A program made the translations under genes and the position numbers. 64,000 bases of DNA from Patescibacteria group bacterium (lineage in GTDB: Bacteria; Patescibacteriota; Patescibacteriia; UBA2591; UBA6264): positions 959-64,958 of the forward strand of contig JAIPGN010000004.1 of assembly GCA_021735685.1 (NCBI GenBank), written 5' to 3'. Positions 27,487 to 37,167 of this stretch are shown piece by piece (the first letter of the stretch is position 1; the number at the start of each line of letters is the position of its first letter). The notes under the pieces are model-generated. The model searched no databases. It saw only the letters and a program-made list of their open reading frames with translations, and had not been told where the DNA came from.

Positions 27487-28233
27487 ATGAAGAAATTTCT
27501 TCCTATCTTTTTTGTAATTTTATTATTTTATGTTTTGTCTTTTCTTCTTCACGGAGAAAATCTTTTTTTTCTTGTTTTTCGTCCCACCCAAAGGTATCTT
27601 TATGATCATCAGCAAAGCTCGGTAGATGAAAAGAAAATTTGTGAAGATTTGAAAACAGAAAATTTAAAATTAAAGTTTCTTCGTTCGGAAAATGAAATTT
27701 TAAGAGAACATCTCGATTTTTTGACTTCCTCTCAAGATAAATTTATTTTAGCTAATGTTTTAGGTCGCCAACAAGAATCAGAGCTTAATTGGATTATTAT
27801 CAACCAAGGCAGGAAAAAGGGATTAACTCCGGGCTTGGCTGTAGTTGACCAAAAGGGGTCTTTAATTGGAACCATAATTGAAGTTAAAGATTATGTTTCT
27901 TATGTTCGGCCTTTAATTAATTTACACTCTCTAGTGGCTGCTGATGTGATTAGCTTTAATTCTCAGAAAGAAAAAAGTCGTATTACATCTGGGATTATTC
28001 AAGGAGAGTACAATTTAATCTTAAAGATGAAAAATGTCCCACTGAGCAAAGAAGTAAAAATAGGGGATTCGGTGATAACTTCTGGACTAGAAAAAAAGAT
28101 TAGAAGAGGACTTCTTATTGGTGAAATTTTAGAAATAAAAAAGACTCCCAATGATATTTTTCAAGAATTAATAATTGATCCCTTAGGAGATCAGAACCCT
28201 CGAATTGTTTCAGTTTTGCTATTAGCTGATTAA
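27487..28233 (+). CDS. mreC: Rod shape-determining protein MreC
   Basis: Coiled coil ENEILRE, IIINQG...G, GDSVITSGL; upstream of mreD-mrdA. Confidence 0.9.
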   Translation: MKKFLPIFFVILLFYVLSFLLHGENLFFLVFRPTQRYLYDHQQSSVDEKKICEDLKTENLKLKFLRSENEILREHLDFLTSSQDKFILANVLGRQQESELNWIIINQGRKKGLTPGLAVVDQKGSLIGTIIEVKDYVSYVRPLINLHSLVAADVISFNSQKEKSRITSGIIQGEYNLILKMKNVPLSKEVKIGDSVITSGLEKKIRRGLLIGEILEIKKTPNDIFQELIIDPLGDQNPRIVSVLLLAD

Positions 28234-28247
28234 AAAATTATTCTGCT

Positions 28248-28760
28248 ATGAGTAACAACAAAAATATTTTTTCTTTATTTAAAATTGTCGCTTTTGTTTT
28301 TTTAATTATTTTCGTTGTAATTATTTCTGTTTCTTGGCCCCATTTTCCCTTGTCCCTTTCCTTGGTTTTTGTTCTTTTGTTGCTTTGTTTTCTTAAAAAT
28401 TGGAAAACAGGAGTTTGGTTGACAATTGTTTTTGGTGGATTTTTTCTAGATCTATATTCTATCTTTCCCCCTGGGTTTTTTCTTTTAAGCTTAGGTTTTT
28501 TTTATTTGGTTATTAAAAAAATTTCTCGACGTTTTAATGTTAGTTCAGGCAGCGGTTTTTTCTTTTTAATTTTGGGTAGCGCCCTGATTTACAAAATTAT
28601 AATTTTAGCCCTATCTTCAATTTTTTATTTTTTGAAACTTTCTAATCAATTAATCGCTATTAACTATTTTTATTTTTTAGATGTATTTTGGTTTATGATT
28701 GTTAATAGTTTTTTTGTTTTTTTAATTTTAGCGACTTTTAAAGTTTGGTCTCAAAAATAA
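28248..28760 (+). CDS. mreD: MreD-like membrane protein
   Basis: Multi-TM, GGFFLDLYS motif, between mreC and mrdA. Confidence 0.75.
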   Translation: MSNNKNIFSLFKIVAFVFLIIFVVIISVSWPHFPLSLSLVFVLLLLCFLKNWKTGVWLTIVFGGFFLDLYSIFPPGFFLLSLGFFYLVIKKISRRFNVSSGSGFFFLILGSALIYKIIILALSSIFYFLKLSNQLIAINYFYFLDVFWFMIVNSFFVFLILATFKVWSQK

Positions 28761-28770
28761 TTATTTAAAA

Positions 28771-30645
28771 ATGGATGAAATTATTTTTAACAATGATGGT
28801 TTTTCGGACGGTCAAGAGTCTATGTTATCTCCGATCAAGATAAAAAAGATTAATGTTTTTTATTTTTTAATCTTCGTTATTTTTTTTGCTTTGGCAGGGC
28901 GTTTAATTTGGCTACAATTGGTTCGTGGAGAAAAATATCGGATGGCTTCAGAAGGTAATCGAGCTAAAATTGAAATCATTAAAGCTAAAAGAGGACTAGC
29001 TTATGATTCTCAAGGCCTTCCTCTAGTTAAGAATATAGCTTCTTTTTCATTATTAATATCTCCACAAAATTTACCCTTTTTAGAAAATGACCGTCAAGAT
29101 GTTTTCAATTTATTCTTGGAACAAACTGAAGGAATCAAGGGTATTGATCAAGAAGTTAAAGAAAGAATAGAAATTGTTCAGAGAGAGATAAACGAAAATG
29201 TTCTTGAGTCTCAACCTTCTATTGTGGCCAAACGATTAGATTATCAATCTGCCATTGAATTGAAATTAATTACTAACAATTTACCTGGCTTTTCGGTTGA
29301 AGTTAGCGCTCAAAGAGATTATCTTTATGGACCAACTTTGTCGCATATTTTAGGTTATGTGGCGCCGGTAACCAAAGAAGATTTGGCTGAACACAAAGAG
29401 TATCAAGTCGTTGATTTTATTGGTCGCACCGGTTTAGAATTGTATTACGAAAAAGAGTTAAGGGGACATGATGGCAAAAGGGTTATTGAAGTTAATGCTT
29501 TGGGACAAGCAAGAAAAATTATTAACCAAGAAGCTCCTCAGGACGGAGATGATATTATTCTAACTGTTAATTTAGACTTACAACAATATGTAAAGAAAAT
29601 TTTAGAAGAATACATTGAAGAGGCCGATAGTTCAGCTGGCACTATTATTGTTATGGATCCTTCTCAAGGAGAAGTTAAGGCTATGGCTAGTTATCCTTAT
29701 TATGATAATAATATTTTTATTCAATCAGATCAGGAAAGATATCAAGAATTAAGTCAAGATCCAACGAATCCTTTTCTTTTTCGAGCTATTGCCGGAGAAT
29801 ATCCTCCGGGGTCCACTATTAAGCCCTTAATTTCTTTGGCCGGCCTTAAGGAGGGAGTAATTGATGCTCAAACTAGTATTTTTTCCCAAGGAGGAATTAG
29901 GATTGGTCAGTGGTTTTACCCAGATTGGAAGGTTGGTGGGCATGGTTCTACTGATTTAATTAAAGCTTTAGCGGAATCAGTTAACACTTTTTATTATTAT
30001 TTAGGGGGAGGTTTTGAGAATTTCACGGGTCTTGGACCAGAAAAAATTAAAGAAAATCTATCTTTTTTGGGAATAAATCAAAAAACCGGCATTGATTTGC
30101 CTGGAGAAAAAGAGGGCTTTATAGGTTCACCATCCTGGAAGAAAGAAGAAAGAGGGAAGCCTTGGTATATTGGCGACACTTATCATTTATCTATTGGCCA
30201 AGGTTATATTTCAGTTACTCCCTTACAGGTGGCAACTTATACTATGGCTTTAGCTAACGCAGGATCTTATTATCAGCCTCATTTTTTAAAAGGATTCCGC
30301 GACTCAAATCAAAATTTTACGGAAAATAAAGATTTTTATTTTAGGGACTTAACTAATGTCTTTTCTGTTGAAGATTTTAATTTGGTGCGAGAGGGAATGA
30401 GAGCGGCGGTTTTAAAAGGAAGTGCTCGTCGGCTTAATAATTTAGAAGTAACTATAGCTGGCAAGACCGGAACCGCTCAAGTTGATAATCATAATTTGCC
30501 TCACGCTTGGTTTACCGGTTTTGCGCCTTACGAAAATCCAGAAATTGTTGTGGTTGTTTTAATTGAAAACGGGGGAGAGGGTAGCGATTTGGCGGTTTCG
30601 GCAGCTCAGAAAATTTTCTCTTTTTGGTTTGCAGAAAATAAATAA
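28771..30645 (+). CDS. mrdA: Penicillin-binding protein 2
   Basis: PGSTIK (SxxK), SVN (SxN), KTGTAQ, HAWFTGFAP. Confidence 0.95.
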   Translation: MDEIIFNNDGFSDGQESMLSPIKIKKINVFYFLIFVIFFALAGRLIWLQLVRGEKYRMASEGNRAKIEIIKAKRGLAYDSQGLPLVKNIASFSLLISPQNLPFLENDRQDVFNLFLEQTEGIKGIDQEVKERIEIVQREINENVLESQPSIVAKRLDYQSAIELKLITNNLPGFSVEVSAQRDYLYGPTLSHILGYVAPVTKEDLAEHKEYQVVDFIGRTGLELYYEKELRGHDGKRVIEVNALGQARKIINQEAPQDGDDIILTVNLDLQQYVKKILEEYIEEADSSAGTIIVMDPSQGEVKAMASYPYYDNNIFIQSDQERYQELSQDPTNPFLFRAIAGEYPPGSTIKPLISLAGLKEGVIDAQTSIFSQGGIRIGQWFYPDWKVGGHGSTDLIKALAESVNTFYYYLGGGFENFTGLGPEKIKENLSFLGINQKTGIDLPGEKEGFIGSPSWKKEERGKPWYIGDTYHLSIGQGYISVTPLQVATYTMALANAGSYYQPHFLKGFRDSNQNFTENKDFYFRDLTNVFSVEDFNLVREGMRAAVLKGSARRLNNLEVTIAGKTGTAQVDNHNLPHAWFTGFAPYENPEIVVVVLIENGGEGSDLAVSAAQKIFSFWFAENK

Positions 30646-30698
30646 AGTGTTAAAATAATAAGCAAGAGGTCGATTTATAAATTAGTCAATTAATTTAC

Positions 30699-31004
30699 AT
30701 GAATATGAAAAATAAATCTTCTAAATTAATTTTAGGAATAGTTCTTTTGGTTATAGCGATTGTGGTTTGGTTAACCGACCTTACTTCTTATTGGGTTTCT
30801 ATTGCTTTGGCGGCCATTGGTTTAATTTTAATTATTTCTGACTCTTCTTCCCCTTCTTTTGAAGAAAAAAAAGAAGCTCCTTTGGAAACTAAAGAGGAGG
30901 AGCTAATAGAAAAAGAAAACGTGATGGAATCTTCTCCTGACGAAGAGGGCTCAGAAGAGGTTGAAGAAGGCGAAGAAGGCGAAGAAGAAAAGAAAAATTT
31001 TTAA
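30699..31004 (+). CDS. Small 2-TM protein with acidic tail
   Basis: Two TMs followed by a Glu-rich C-terminus. Confidence 0.75.
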   Translation: MNMKNKSSKLILGIVLLVIAIVVWLTDLTSYWVSIALAAIGLILIISDSSSPSFEEKKEAPLETKEEELIEKENVMESSPDEEGSEEVEEGEEGEEEKKNF

Positions 31005-31016
31005 TTTTAATAAAGA

Positions 31017-31967
31017 TTATTTTATAATCTGACTTAAGAATTGAGAATAACCGTTAACAAATTCTTTCCCGTTGATAGTATTTTTTCCGGCTATTTGCAA
31101 TTCTTTGAGGATTAAAGCATCTTTCCCGCAGGCAACTGCGGGAATTTTGTTTTGTAAAAATATAGTGCCCGGTTTTTTTCTATGTTTCATTTTAAGTAAT
31201 TCAACTTTAATAATTGTTATTTTTTTTGTATTCAAAAAACCATAACTTCCCGGCCAGGGACGATAAGCCCGAATTGCTCTTTCTATTTTTTCAGCGGTTT
31301 GATTCCAATCAATTTTTCCGTCTTCTTTTTTTATTTTTTTGGTAAAAGAGGCTAAATTATGATCTTGCTCTTGAGGTTTAATTAAGCCATTTAAGAATTG
31401 CGGGAGAGTTAATAAAAGAATTTCGGTGCTTAATTCAGCTAAAGCCATGTTGAGGCTTGGATAATCCATGCTCTCTACTTTTTGGTCTAATTTTTTTTGA
31501 CTAATAATGGGGCCATGATCCACTTTTTCGTCCATTAAAATTAAAGTAGTGCCAGTTTCGGCGTCATTATCTAAAATAGTTTGTTGCAGGGGAGAAGCGC
31601 CGCGATGGCGAGGAAGAAGCGAAGGATGAACATTAAGACACCCTTGGTAAGGAATAGATAAAATTTTAGAAGGTAAAATTAAACCATAAGCTGCCACTAT
31701 AAATAAGTCAGCTTTTGTTTCTTTCAGTTTTTTCTCAATTTCTTTGTTGTTTTTGAAAGAAACTGGTTGCCAAACAGGTATTTTTGCTTCTTTGGCCATT
31801 TTTTTAACTGGAGAAGGCTGAAGAATCCTTTTTCTTCCTTGGGGTTTATCTGGAGCAGTAATTACAATTTGAGGACAAAAAAGAGAACTCTTAATTAGTT
31901 TTTCTAAAATAAGAGCACTAAACTCGGGCGTACCCATGAAAACGATTTTATGTTTTGTTTTTTTCAT
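31017..31967 (-). CDS. fmt: Methionyl-tRNA formyltransferase
   Basis: IVFMGTPEFS, NVHPSLLPRHRGASP, VDHGPI. Confidence 0.95.
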   Translation of the reverse strand: MKKTKHKIVFMGTPEFSALILEKLIKSSLFCPQIVITAPDKPQGRKRILQPSPVKKMAKEAKIPVWQPVSFKNNKEIEKKLKETKADLFIVAAYGLILPSKILSIPYQGCLNVHPSLLPRHRGASPLQQTILDNDAETGTTLILMDEKVDHGPIISQKKLDQKVESMDYPSLNMALAELSTEILLLTLPQFLNGLIKPQEQDHNLASFTKKIKKEDGKIDWNQTAEKIERAIRAYRPWPGSYGFLNTKKITIIKVELLKMKHRKKPGTIFLQNKIPAVACGKDALILKELQIAGKNTINGKEFVNGYSQFLSQIIK

Positions 31968-32026
31968 ATATTGACAAAAAGACTTAAAATTGTTTTAATT
32001 TAGATAAATGAAAAAGGAGGACAAAA

Positions 32027-32752
32027 ATGAAGATCCTTAAAAATGCAGGGGGTTTTGAAGTTTTAACCCCTTTTAAAAACCTCAAAAGGCAATTATTGGA
32101 CATAGAGAAAGCCGGTAGAACTTGTTATCAGTCAGAAAAAAAAGAGATAACAGAGGGGTCCGCTAAAAAATTCGTCCAAATGTTGATGAAAAGAGGCCAT
32201 TATAGCGTTTTAGAGCATAGCAACATGACGGTGAAATTCAAAAATATTTCTCGTGGCTTTACTCATGAACAAGTGCGACATAGGCTGACGGCTATTTCTC
32301 AAGAATCTACTAGATATGTAGATTATGCCAAAAAAGGAAAAGGGCCGGATTTAATGAAATTTCAGCTTAAATGTGTAGTCCCTCCACATAGGAACGAGGG
32401 GGAAAACGTAGAGTTGGAAAATGGACGCAAACTATCCCTTAAAGAAATGTTTACAGAAATTGAAGATTTTTACAGAGCCTTGCGTAAAGCTGGCTGGGCA
32501 CCAGAAGACGCGCGTCAGATTTTACCAATCGGCATTAAAGCAGAAATTGTTATATCCGCGAATTTCAGAGAATGGAGACATATCTTTAAAATGCGTACTT
32601 CAAAATTTGCTCATTGGGAAATTAGAAAGGTTATGGGTGATCTTTTGGTAAAAACACAAAGGCTAATACCCGGAGTGTTTGACGACTTTGTTCAAACTGG
32701 AGTGGACCAGAATGGCCTGCGCTACTTTGCCCCTCTCCCTCATAATCCATAA
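32027..32752 (+). CDS. thyX: FAD-dependent thymidylate synthase
   Basis: HEQVRHRLTAISQESTRY (RHRx7S), EDARQILP, AHWEIR; has its own TTGACA promoter and AGGAGG SD. Confidence 0.92.
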   Translation: MKILKNAGGFEVLTPFKNLKRQLLDIEKAGRTCYQSEKKEITEGSAKKFVQMLMKRGHYSVLEHSNMTVKFKNISRGFTHEQVRHRLTAISQESTRYVDYAKKGKGPDLMKFQLKCVVPPHRNEGENVELENGRKLSLKEMFTEIEDFYRALRKAGWAPEDARQILPIGIKAEIVISANFREWRHIFKMRTSKFAHWEIRKVMGDLLVKTQRLIPGVFDDFVQTGVDQNGLRYFAPLPHNP

Positions 32753-32792
32753 AAAACTTCAGAGAGCTCTAGTTGTTTAATCGCTAGAGCTT

Positions 32793-33254
32793 TTATTTTA
32801 TTATTTTCCACTTAATGTCTTTTTCTTCGCCCACAAATTCATGCCATTCTCCATCTTCATCTATCACAAACCATTTTTTCTTGGTTTGGCTCCAAATCAT
32901 GGGACTACCAGCGTAAAAAGGTTTCTTGACAACTTCTTTGGGCTTTAAGCGGTCTATTTCTAACCATTTTTTAAAAACGGTTTCAATAGCATAATCCAAA
33001 TTGCGAGATTGGGCCCATTTAGCTACACGATCAATAGCTTTTTGAGCTTTTTGAACCGAACCGGCTAAATCTAATAATTGTTTAGCTGGACGGGTAAAGC
33101 GAGAATAAATTATTTTTCGCTTTTTAGCGTTATTTTTTATTTCTTCCAAAGATAAACCTTTAGTATAAAAATAATAATTGACAATTTGTTGAATTTCAGT
33201 TTCTTTCTTTTTTTTAGTAATTTTTCTTTTTCCTTTTTGGGAAGAAATGACCAT
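32793..33254 (-). CDS. Basic hypothetical protein
   Basis: 153-aa ORF convergent on thyX; shared hairpin at 32765-32791. Confidence 0.75.
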   Translation of the reverse strand: MVISSQKGKRKITKKKKETEIQQIVNYYFYTKGLSLEEIKNNAKKRKIIYSRFTRPAKQLLDLAGSVQKAQKAIDRVAKWAQSRNLDYAIETVFKKWLEIDRLKPKEVVKKPFYAGSPMIWSQTKKKWFVIDEDGEWHEFVGEEKDIKWKIIK

Positions 33255-33347
33255 AAGATTTGATGATAAATTTTTTGTATCTACTTAGATTTATCTATAT
33301 GTCTATTATATTTTACCAAATTCTCTATTTTTTATCCAATCTTTTTG

Positions 33348-33417
33348 CTTAGGAGTTACTTAGGAGCCGAGCTCCTAAGTAATTAAAAAAGTTTGGAAGC
33401 TCAACCTCCAAGCTTTT
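33348..33417. repeat. REP-like palindrome cluster: TTACTTAGGAGC-CGA-GCTCCTAAGTAA (33356-33382), a partial copy and a degenerate neighbour
   Basis: Reverse complement of the hairpin at 58015-58049. Confidence 0.8.
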
Positions 33418-33501
33418 AGTGATTTACACAATTGAGGAAAGGTGATAAAATATAAATATATAGTTTTATTTTAAAATAGAATTTTATTTAATTTAGTAAA
33501 T

Positions 33502-34422
33502 ATGGATAATTTAATCCAAAAAACTTTTAAAGATATCAAATCTTTGAAAGTCCAAGGAGCAACTGATGTTGCTATAGCCATTATGCAAGCAATTTCAGAT
33601 TATAGCTCCAGAATCAAAACTAATGATTTATCTGTTTTTAAGGAAAAAATTAAACAAGCAGCTGATTTATTGTTGTCAGCTCGACCCACAGAACCCATGG
33701 CTCAAAATGGCATTAAGGCTGTTTTGTCTCAACTAAAAAAAGAAAATAAGAATTTTATTTTAGCTCAAGATATTGTTCAAAGAACAGCAGAAGATTTTTT
33801 GATAATGATGGCTGATGCTGGAGATTTAGTTGTTAAACACGGAGAAGAATTAATTAAAAATAAAGAAAATATTTTTACTCATTGTCATTCCTGGTTGGTT
33901 GAACAAATTTTAATTAAAGCTTGGCAAAATCAGAAAAAAATTAAAGTTTATAATACTGAAACTCGACCCCTTTTTCAAGGCAGAGTGACGGCCCGAGAAT
34001 TATTAGCTGTGGGGATTCCCACTACTATGGTAGTTGATTCTTCGGCCGGTTTTTTAATTTCTCATCACTCAGGAAAAGAATTAATGATGGATAAAATTAT
34101 TTTAGGAGCAGACGCAATTTTATCTGATGGTTCAGTGATTAATAAAATTGGTAGCTTTACTATCGCCCTGGTAGCTAAACAGGAAGGAGTTCCTCTTTAT
34201 GTAGCTGCTAATTTATTAAAGTTTCACGATCAAATTGAAATAAAGATTGAAGAGCGTTCTCTTCAGGAATTATGGAAGGAGGCCCCTGATGATCTTAAGA
34301 TTATTAATTTTGCTTTTGATCGAATCCCTGCCGAATATATTACGGGTGGTATTATTTGTGAAGAGGGAATTATTAAACCCAAACAAGCAAAAACATTGAC
34401 TCAAAAAAATTATCAGCTTTAA
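33502..34422 (+). CDS. Ribose-1,5-bisphosphate isomerase (eIF2B-like)
   Basis: VQGAT, ARPTEP, FTHCHS, TETRPLFQG, LGAD, INKIGS; adjacent to RuBisCO. Confidence 0.88.
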   Translation: MDNLIQKTFKDIKSLKVQGATDVAIAIMQAISDYSSRIKTNDLSVFKEKIKQAADLLLSARPTEPMAQNGIKAVLSQLKKENKNFILAQDIVQRTAEDFLIMMADAGDLVVKHGEELIKNKENIFTHCHSWLVEQILIKAWQNQKKIKVYNTETRPLFQGRVTARELLAVGIPTTMVVDSSAGFLISHHSGKELMMDKIILGADAILSDGSVINKIGSFTIALVAKQEGVPLYVAANLLKFHDQIEIKIEERSLQELWKEAPDDLKIINFAFDRIPAEYITGGIICEEGIIKPKQAKTLTQKNYQL

Positions 34423-34436
34423 TTTAAAAAAATTTT

Positions 34437-35702
34437 ATGAAAGAAAAAAACAAATATCTTCAATTGGAATATAAGCCAAATTATCAAGAAGAAATCATCG
34501 CCACTTTTTATGGAGAATCAAATGGCAGTTTAGAAGAATTGAGTGAGCAAGTGGCTGGAGAGTCCTCAATTGGCACCTGGACTAAATTAACTACCCTTTC
34601 TGACGAGGTTTTTCAAAGATTGGGGGCCCGAATTTTTAGTTTAGACAAAAAGAATAATATTTTTAAAATTGCTTATCCTTTGTCTTTATTTGAAAAGGGG
34701 AGTATTCCTCAGCTTTTGTCTAGTGTGGGAGGAAATATTTTTAGCATGAAAGCAGTAAAGAATTTGCGTTTAGAAAATATAGAATTTCCAGAAAAATATA
34801 TTAAAAGTTATCCTGGTCCTTATTGGGGGATAGAAGGAATTAGAAAAATGTTAAATGTCTATGATCGCCCAATTATTGGTTGCATTATGAAGCCTAAAAT
34901 AGGATTAACTTCAAAGCAAAATGCTCAAATGGCTAGTCAAATTTTTGCTAATGGAGTGGATTTAATCAAAGATGACGAAAATTTAACTAGTTTAAGTTTT
35001 AATAAATTTGAAGATCGAGTTAAAAAAGTTTTAGAATTAAAGAAAAAAGTAGAAAAAAAGACCAATCAAAAGAAAATTTATGTTTTTAATGTTACGGCCC
35101 CAGTTAGTTTGATGTTAGAAAGGGCTCGACTAGTAAAAAAATTGGGTGGTCGTTGCGTGATGGTAGATGTTATTTCTGTTGGTTGGGGAGCGGTTCAAGA
35201 ATTAAGGCGACAAAATTTAAAACTTATTATCCATGGTCATCGAGCTGGACACTCTGCTTTTACTCGTAATAAAAAGCATGGAATTTCCATGCTGGTTCTC
35301 GCTAATTTAGCTCGCTTAGCCGGCATAGATCAATTTCACACTGGTACGGTTGTAGGAAAAATGGAAGGAGGAGAAGAGGAGGTTTGTTCTATTAATGATT
35401 TATTAAGAGAAGATTGGAGAGAATTTGATCAATTGAGGGAAAATTGGGCTTCTTTAAAGCCAATTTTACCAATTGCTTCTGGCGGCTTGCATCCAGGATT
35501 AGTTCCGCAATTGGTTGAAATTTTGGGGCAAAATTTAGTAATTAATTTTGGAGGTGGCCTGCATGGTCATCCCCAAGGAAGCGAAGCTGGAGCTCGAGCC
35601 GCAATTCAGTCTATAGAGGCTGTTCAAAAGGGTATTAAAATAAAAGAATACGCTAAAACTCATCCTGAATTAAAAGTAGCTCTCAATTATTGGAAATTTT
35701 AA
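34437..35702 (+). CDS. rbcL: Form III-type RuBisCO large subunit
   Basis: GESSIGTW, GGNIF, KPKIGL, DLIKDDEN, HGHRAGH, HTGTVVGKMEG (loop-6 Lys), ASGG, FGGGLHGHP. Confidence 0.92.
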   Translation: MKEKNKYLQLEYKPNYQEEIIATFYGESNGSLEELSEQVAGESSIGTWTKLTTLSDEVFQRLGARIFSLDKKNNIFKIAYPLSLFEKGSIPQLLSSVGGNIFSMKAVKNLRLENIEFPEKYIKSYPGPYWGIEGIRKMLNVYDRPIIGCIMKPKIGLTSKQNAQMASQIFANGVDLIKDDENLTSLSFNKFEDRVKKVLELKKKVEKKTNQKKIYVFNVTAPVSLMLERARLVKKLGGRCVMVDVISVGWGAVQELRRQNLKLIIHGHRAGHSAFTRNKKHGISMLVLANLARLAGIDQFHTGTVVGKMEGGEEEVCSINDLLREDWREFDQLRENWASLKPILPIASGGLHPGLVPQLVEILGQNLVINFGGGLHGHPQGSEAGARAAIQSIEAVQKGIKIKEYAKTHPELKVALNYWKF

Positions 35703-35741
35703 AATTAGCTTAAGTCTTTTTAAGCAGTTTTTGAATAAAAC

Positions 35742-35776
35742 AAAACACTGAAGAAATTGATTCTTCAGTGTTTTTT
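35742..35776. terminator. Bidirectional terminator
   Basis: AAAACACTGAAGAA-ATTGA-TTCTTCAGTGTTTT between convergent genes. Confidence 0.85.
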
Positions 35777-35802
35777 AGAAATTGTATAAATTTTTGGAAA
35801 AG

Positions 35803-37167
35803 TTAAATTTTAATCATTTCGCCAGCAGAATGAATGTTTAAAATTTCTGGAGATACTTCAATTATTGATTCCCATTGATACCCCAAGGCTTCAAAGGTTT
35901 TTTCTGAAAGAATAGGGCGATATTGGCCCTGACTAATAACATAAACTGCTGGAGACTCTGATGTTTTTAACAAAGAGCCGTCTCTAAACTTAAGGTGTTC
36001 TCCGGTTTGATATCTTTCTAGCTCTTCAGAATCTACTTTAATGATATTATTATAAGGAAAGTTATTTTCTAAAATACTTAAATCAACAATTGGTCTTTTA
36101 ATGATATCTTTAACGTAATAAACTCCTTTGTTTTCTTTATCTTGCAAAAGGGCTCCGTTAGGGTAGGGGGAACTAATTCTGGCTCCTTCTTGATAACTCA
36201 ATAAATCTTTTTCTTCAACTTGAATAATCTCTTCTGGATTGAATCCAATTGCCCTAAACATTTTTTCAGAAATAGGTCTTTTTTGGCCATCAATTAATAA
36301 GAATATCTCTTCTTTATTTTGAACTAAAGAATAATTAGGGAAATTAACTGGGCTCCCAATTTCATATTTTTCTAATATTTTTGGGTCTACTATTTTTACT
36401 TCTTCAAATTTGTGATTTAGTAAAAAGATTGTAGCGGAATGAAAGGGACGTTTTTTGTTATTTTGAATCAACCAGACCCCATTTTCATTATTGGTCCTGA
36501 CTAAAGATCCTTCTTCTATTTGTCCTTGTTCGGGAGGGAACCAATTGTGCCAGAGGATCCAGAAAAGTCGATTGCCGGCGATATGTGGGGTGTAATTATA
36601 AAGAGCGGCTGTGGCTGAATTTTGTGGCACCACTCGTTGCCAACTAATTCTATAAACTTGACCGGATCGATAAGTAAATTCCCAGGGATGTTCTAAAAAA
36701 TATTTTAAACGCCAAGCGGCTCGATCTACCTGAATCGCAAACCCTCGAAAACTTTTTACCGGGCCTCGATGATCATAGCAAGCAAATCCCGTTGCCCAAT
36801 TATAATCATCTAAACTAGGGTTAGTTTTGGTAATTAACCCTTTTTCTTTTTGAAGAAGAGTTAAAATTACTTGTGGATTGATTTGATATTCTTGGGTGAC
36901 GCGATAAATAATTTCTGAAGCTGTTTTCTCTCGACCATCAATATCTTGAGTTTGATAATTTTTAATTCCTCCACCAGAACTTTCTAGAAAATTCTGAATT
37001 TCTTCTTGACTCATTGATTGAAAATTGGTTAATTCATAATCAGAAATAATATAATCAGGTCTAAAAGAAGAGGCTTTTCCTGGCCAAGGAATGAAAACCA
37101 AAGAAGCAATTAAAAGAATTAATATCTTTTCCTTGGTAAGGTTAGTGAACTTGAAAAAATTTTTCAT
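35803..37167 (-). CDS. Secreted protein with a lysozyme-like N-domain and four CPR repeats
   Basis: Signal peptide; INPQVILTLLQKE, ATAALYNYTPH; repeats EGSLVR, NYSLVQ, NGALLQ, DGSLLK. Confidence 0.75.
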   Translation of the reverse strand: MKNFFKFTNLTKEKILILLIASLVFIPWPGKASSFRPDYIISDYELTNFQSMSQEEIQNFLESSGGGIKNYQTQDIDGREKTASEIIYRVTQEYQINPQVILTLLQKEKGLITKTNPSLDDYNWATGFACYDHRGPVKSFRGFAIQVDRAAWRLKYFLEHPWEFTYRSGQVYRISWQRVVPQNSATAALYNYTPHIAGNRLFWILWHNWFPPEQGQIEEGSLVRTNNENGVWLIQNNKKRPFHSATIFLLNHKFEEVKIVDPKILEKYEIGSPVNFPNYSLVQNKEEIFLLIDGQKRPISEKMFRAIGFNPEEIIQVEEKDLLSYQEGARISSPYPNGALLQDKENKGVYYVKDIIKRPIVDLSILENNFPYNNIIKVDSEELERYQTGEHLKFRDGSLLKTSESPAVYVISQGQYRPILSEKTFEALGYQWESIIEVSPEILNIHSAGEMIKI

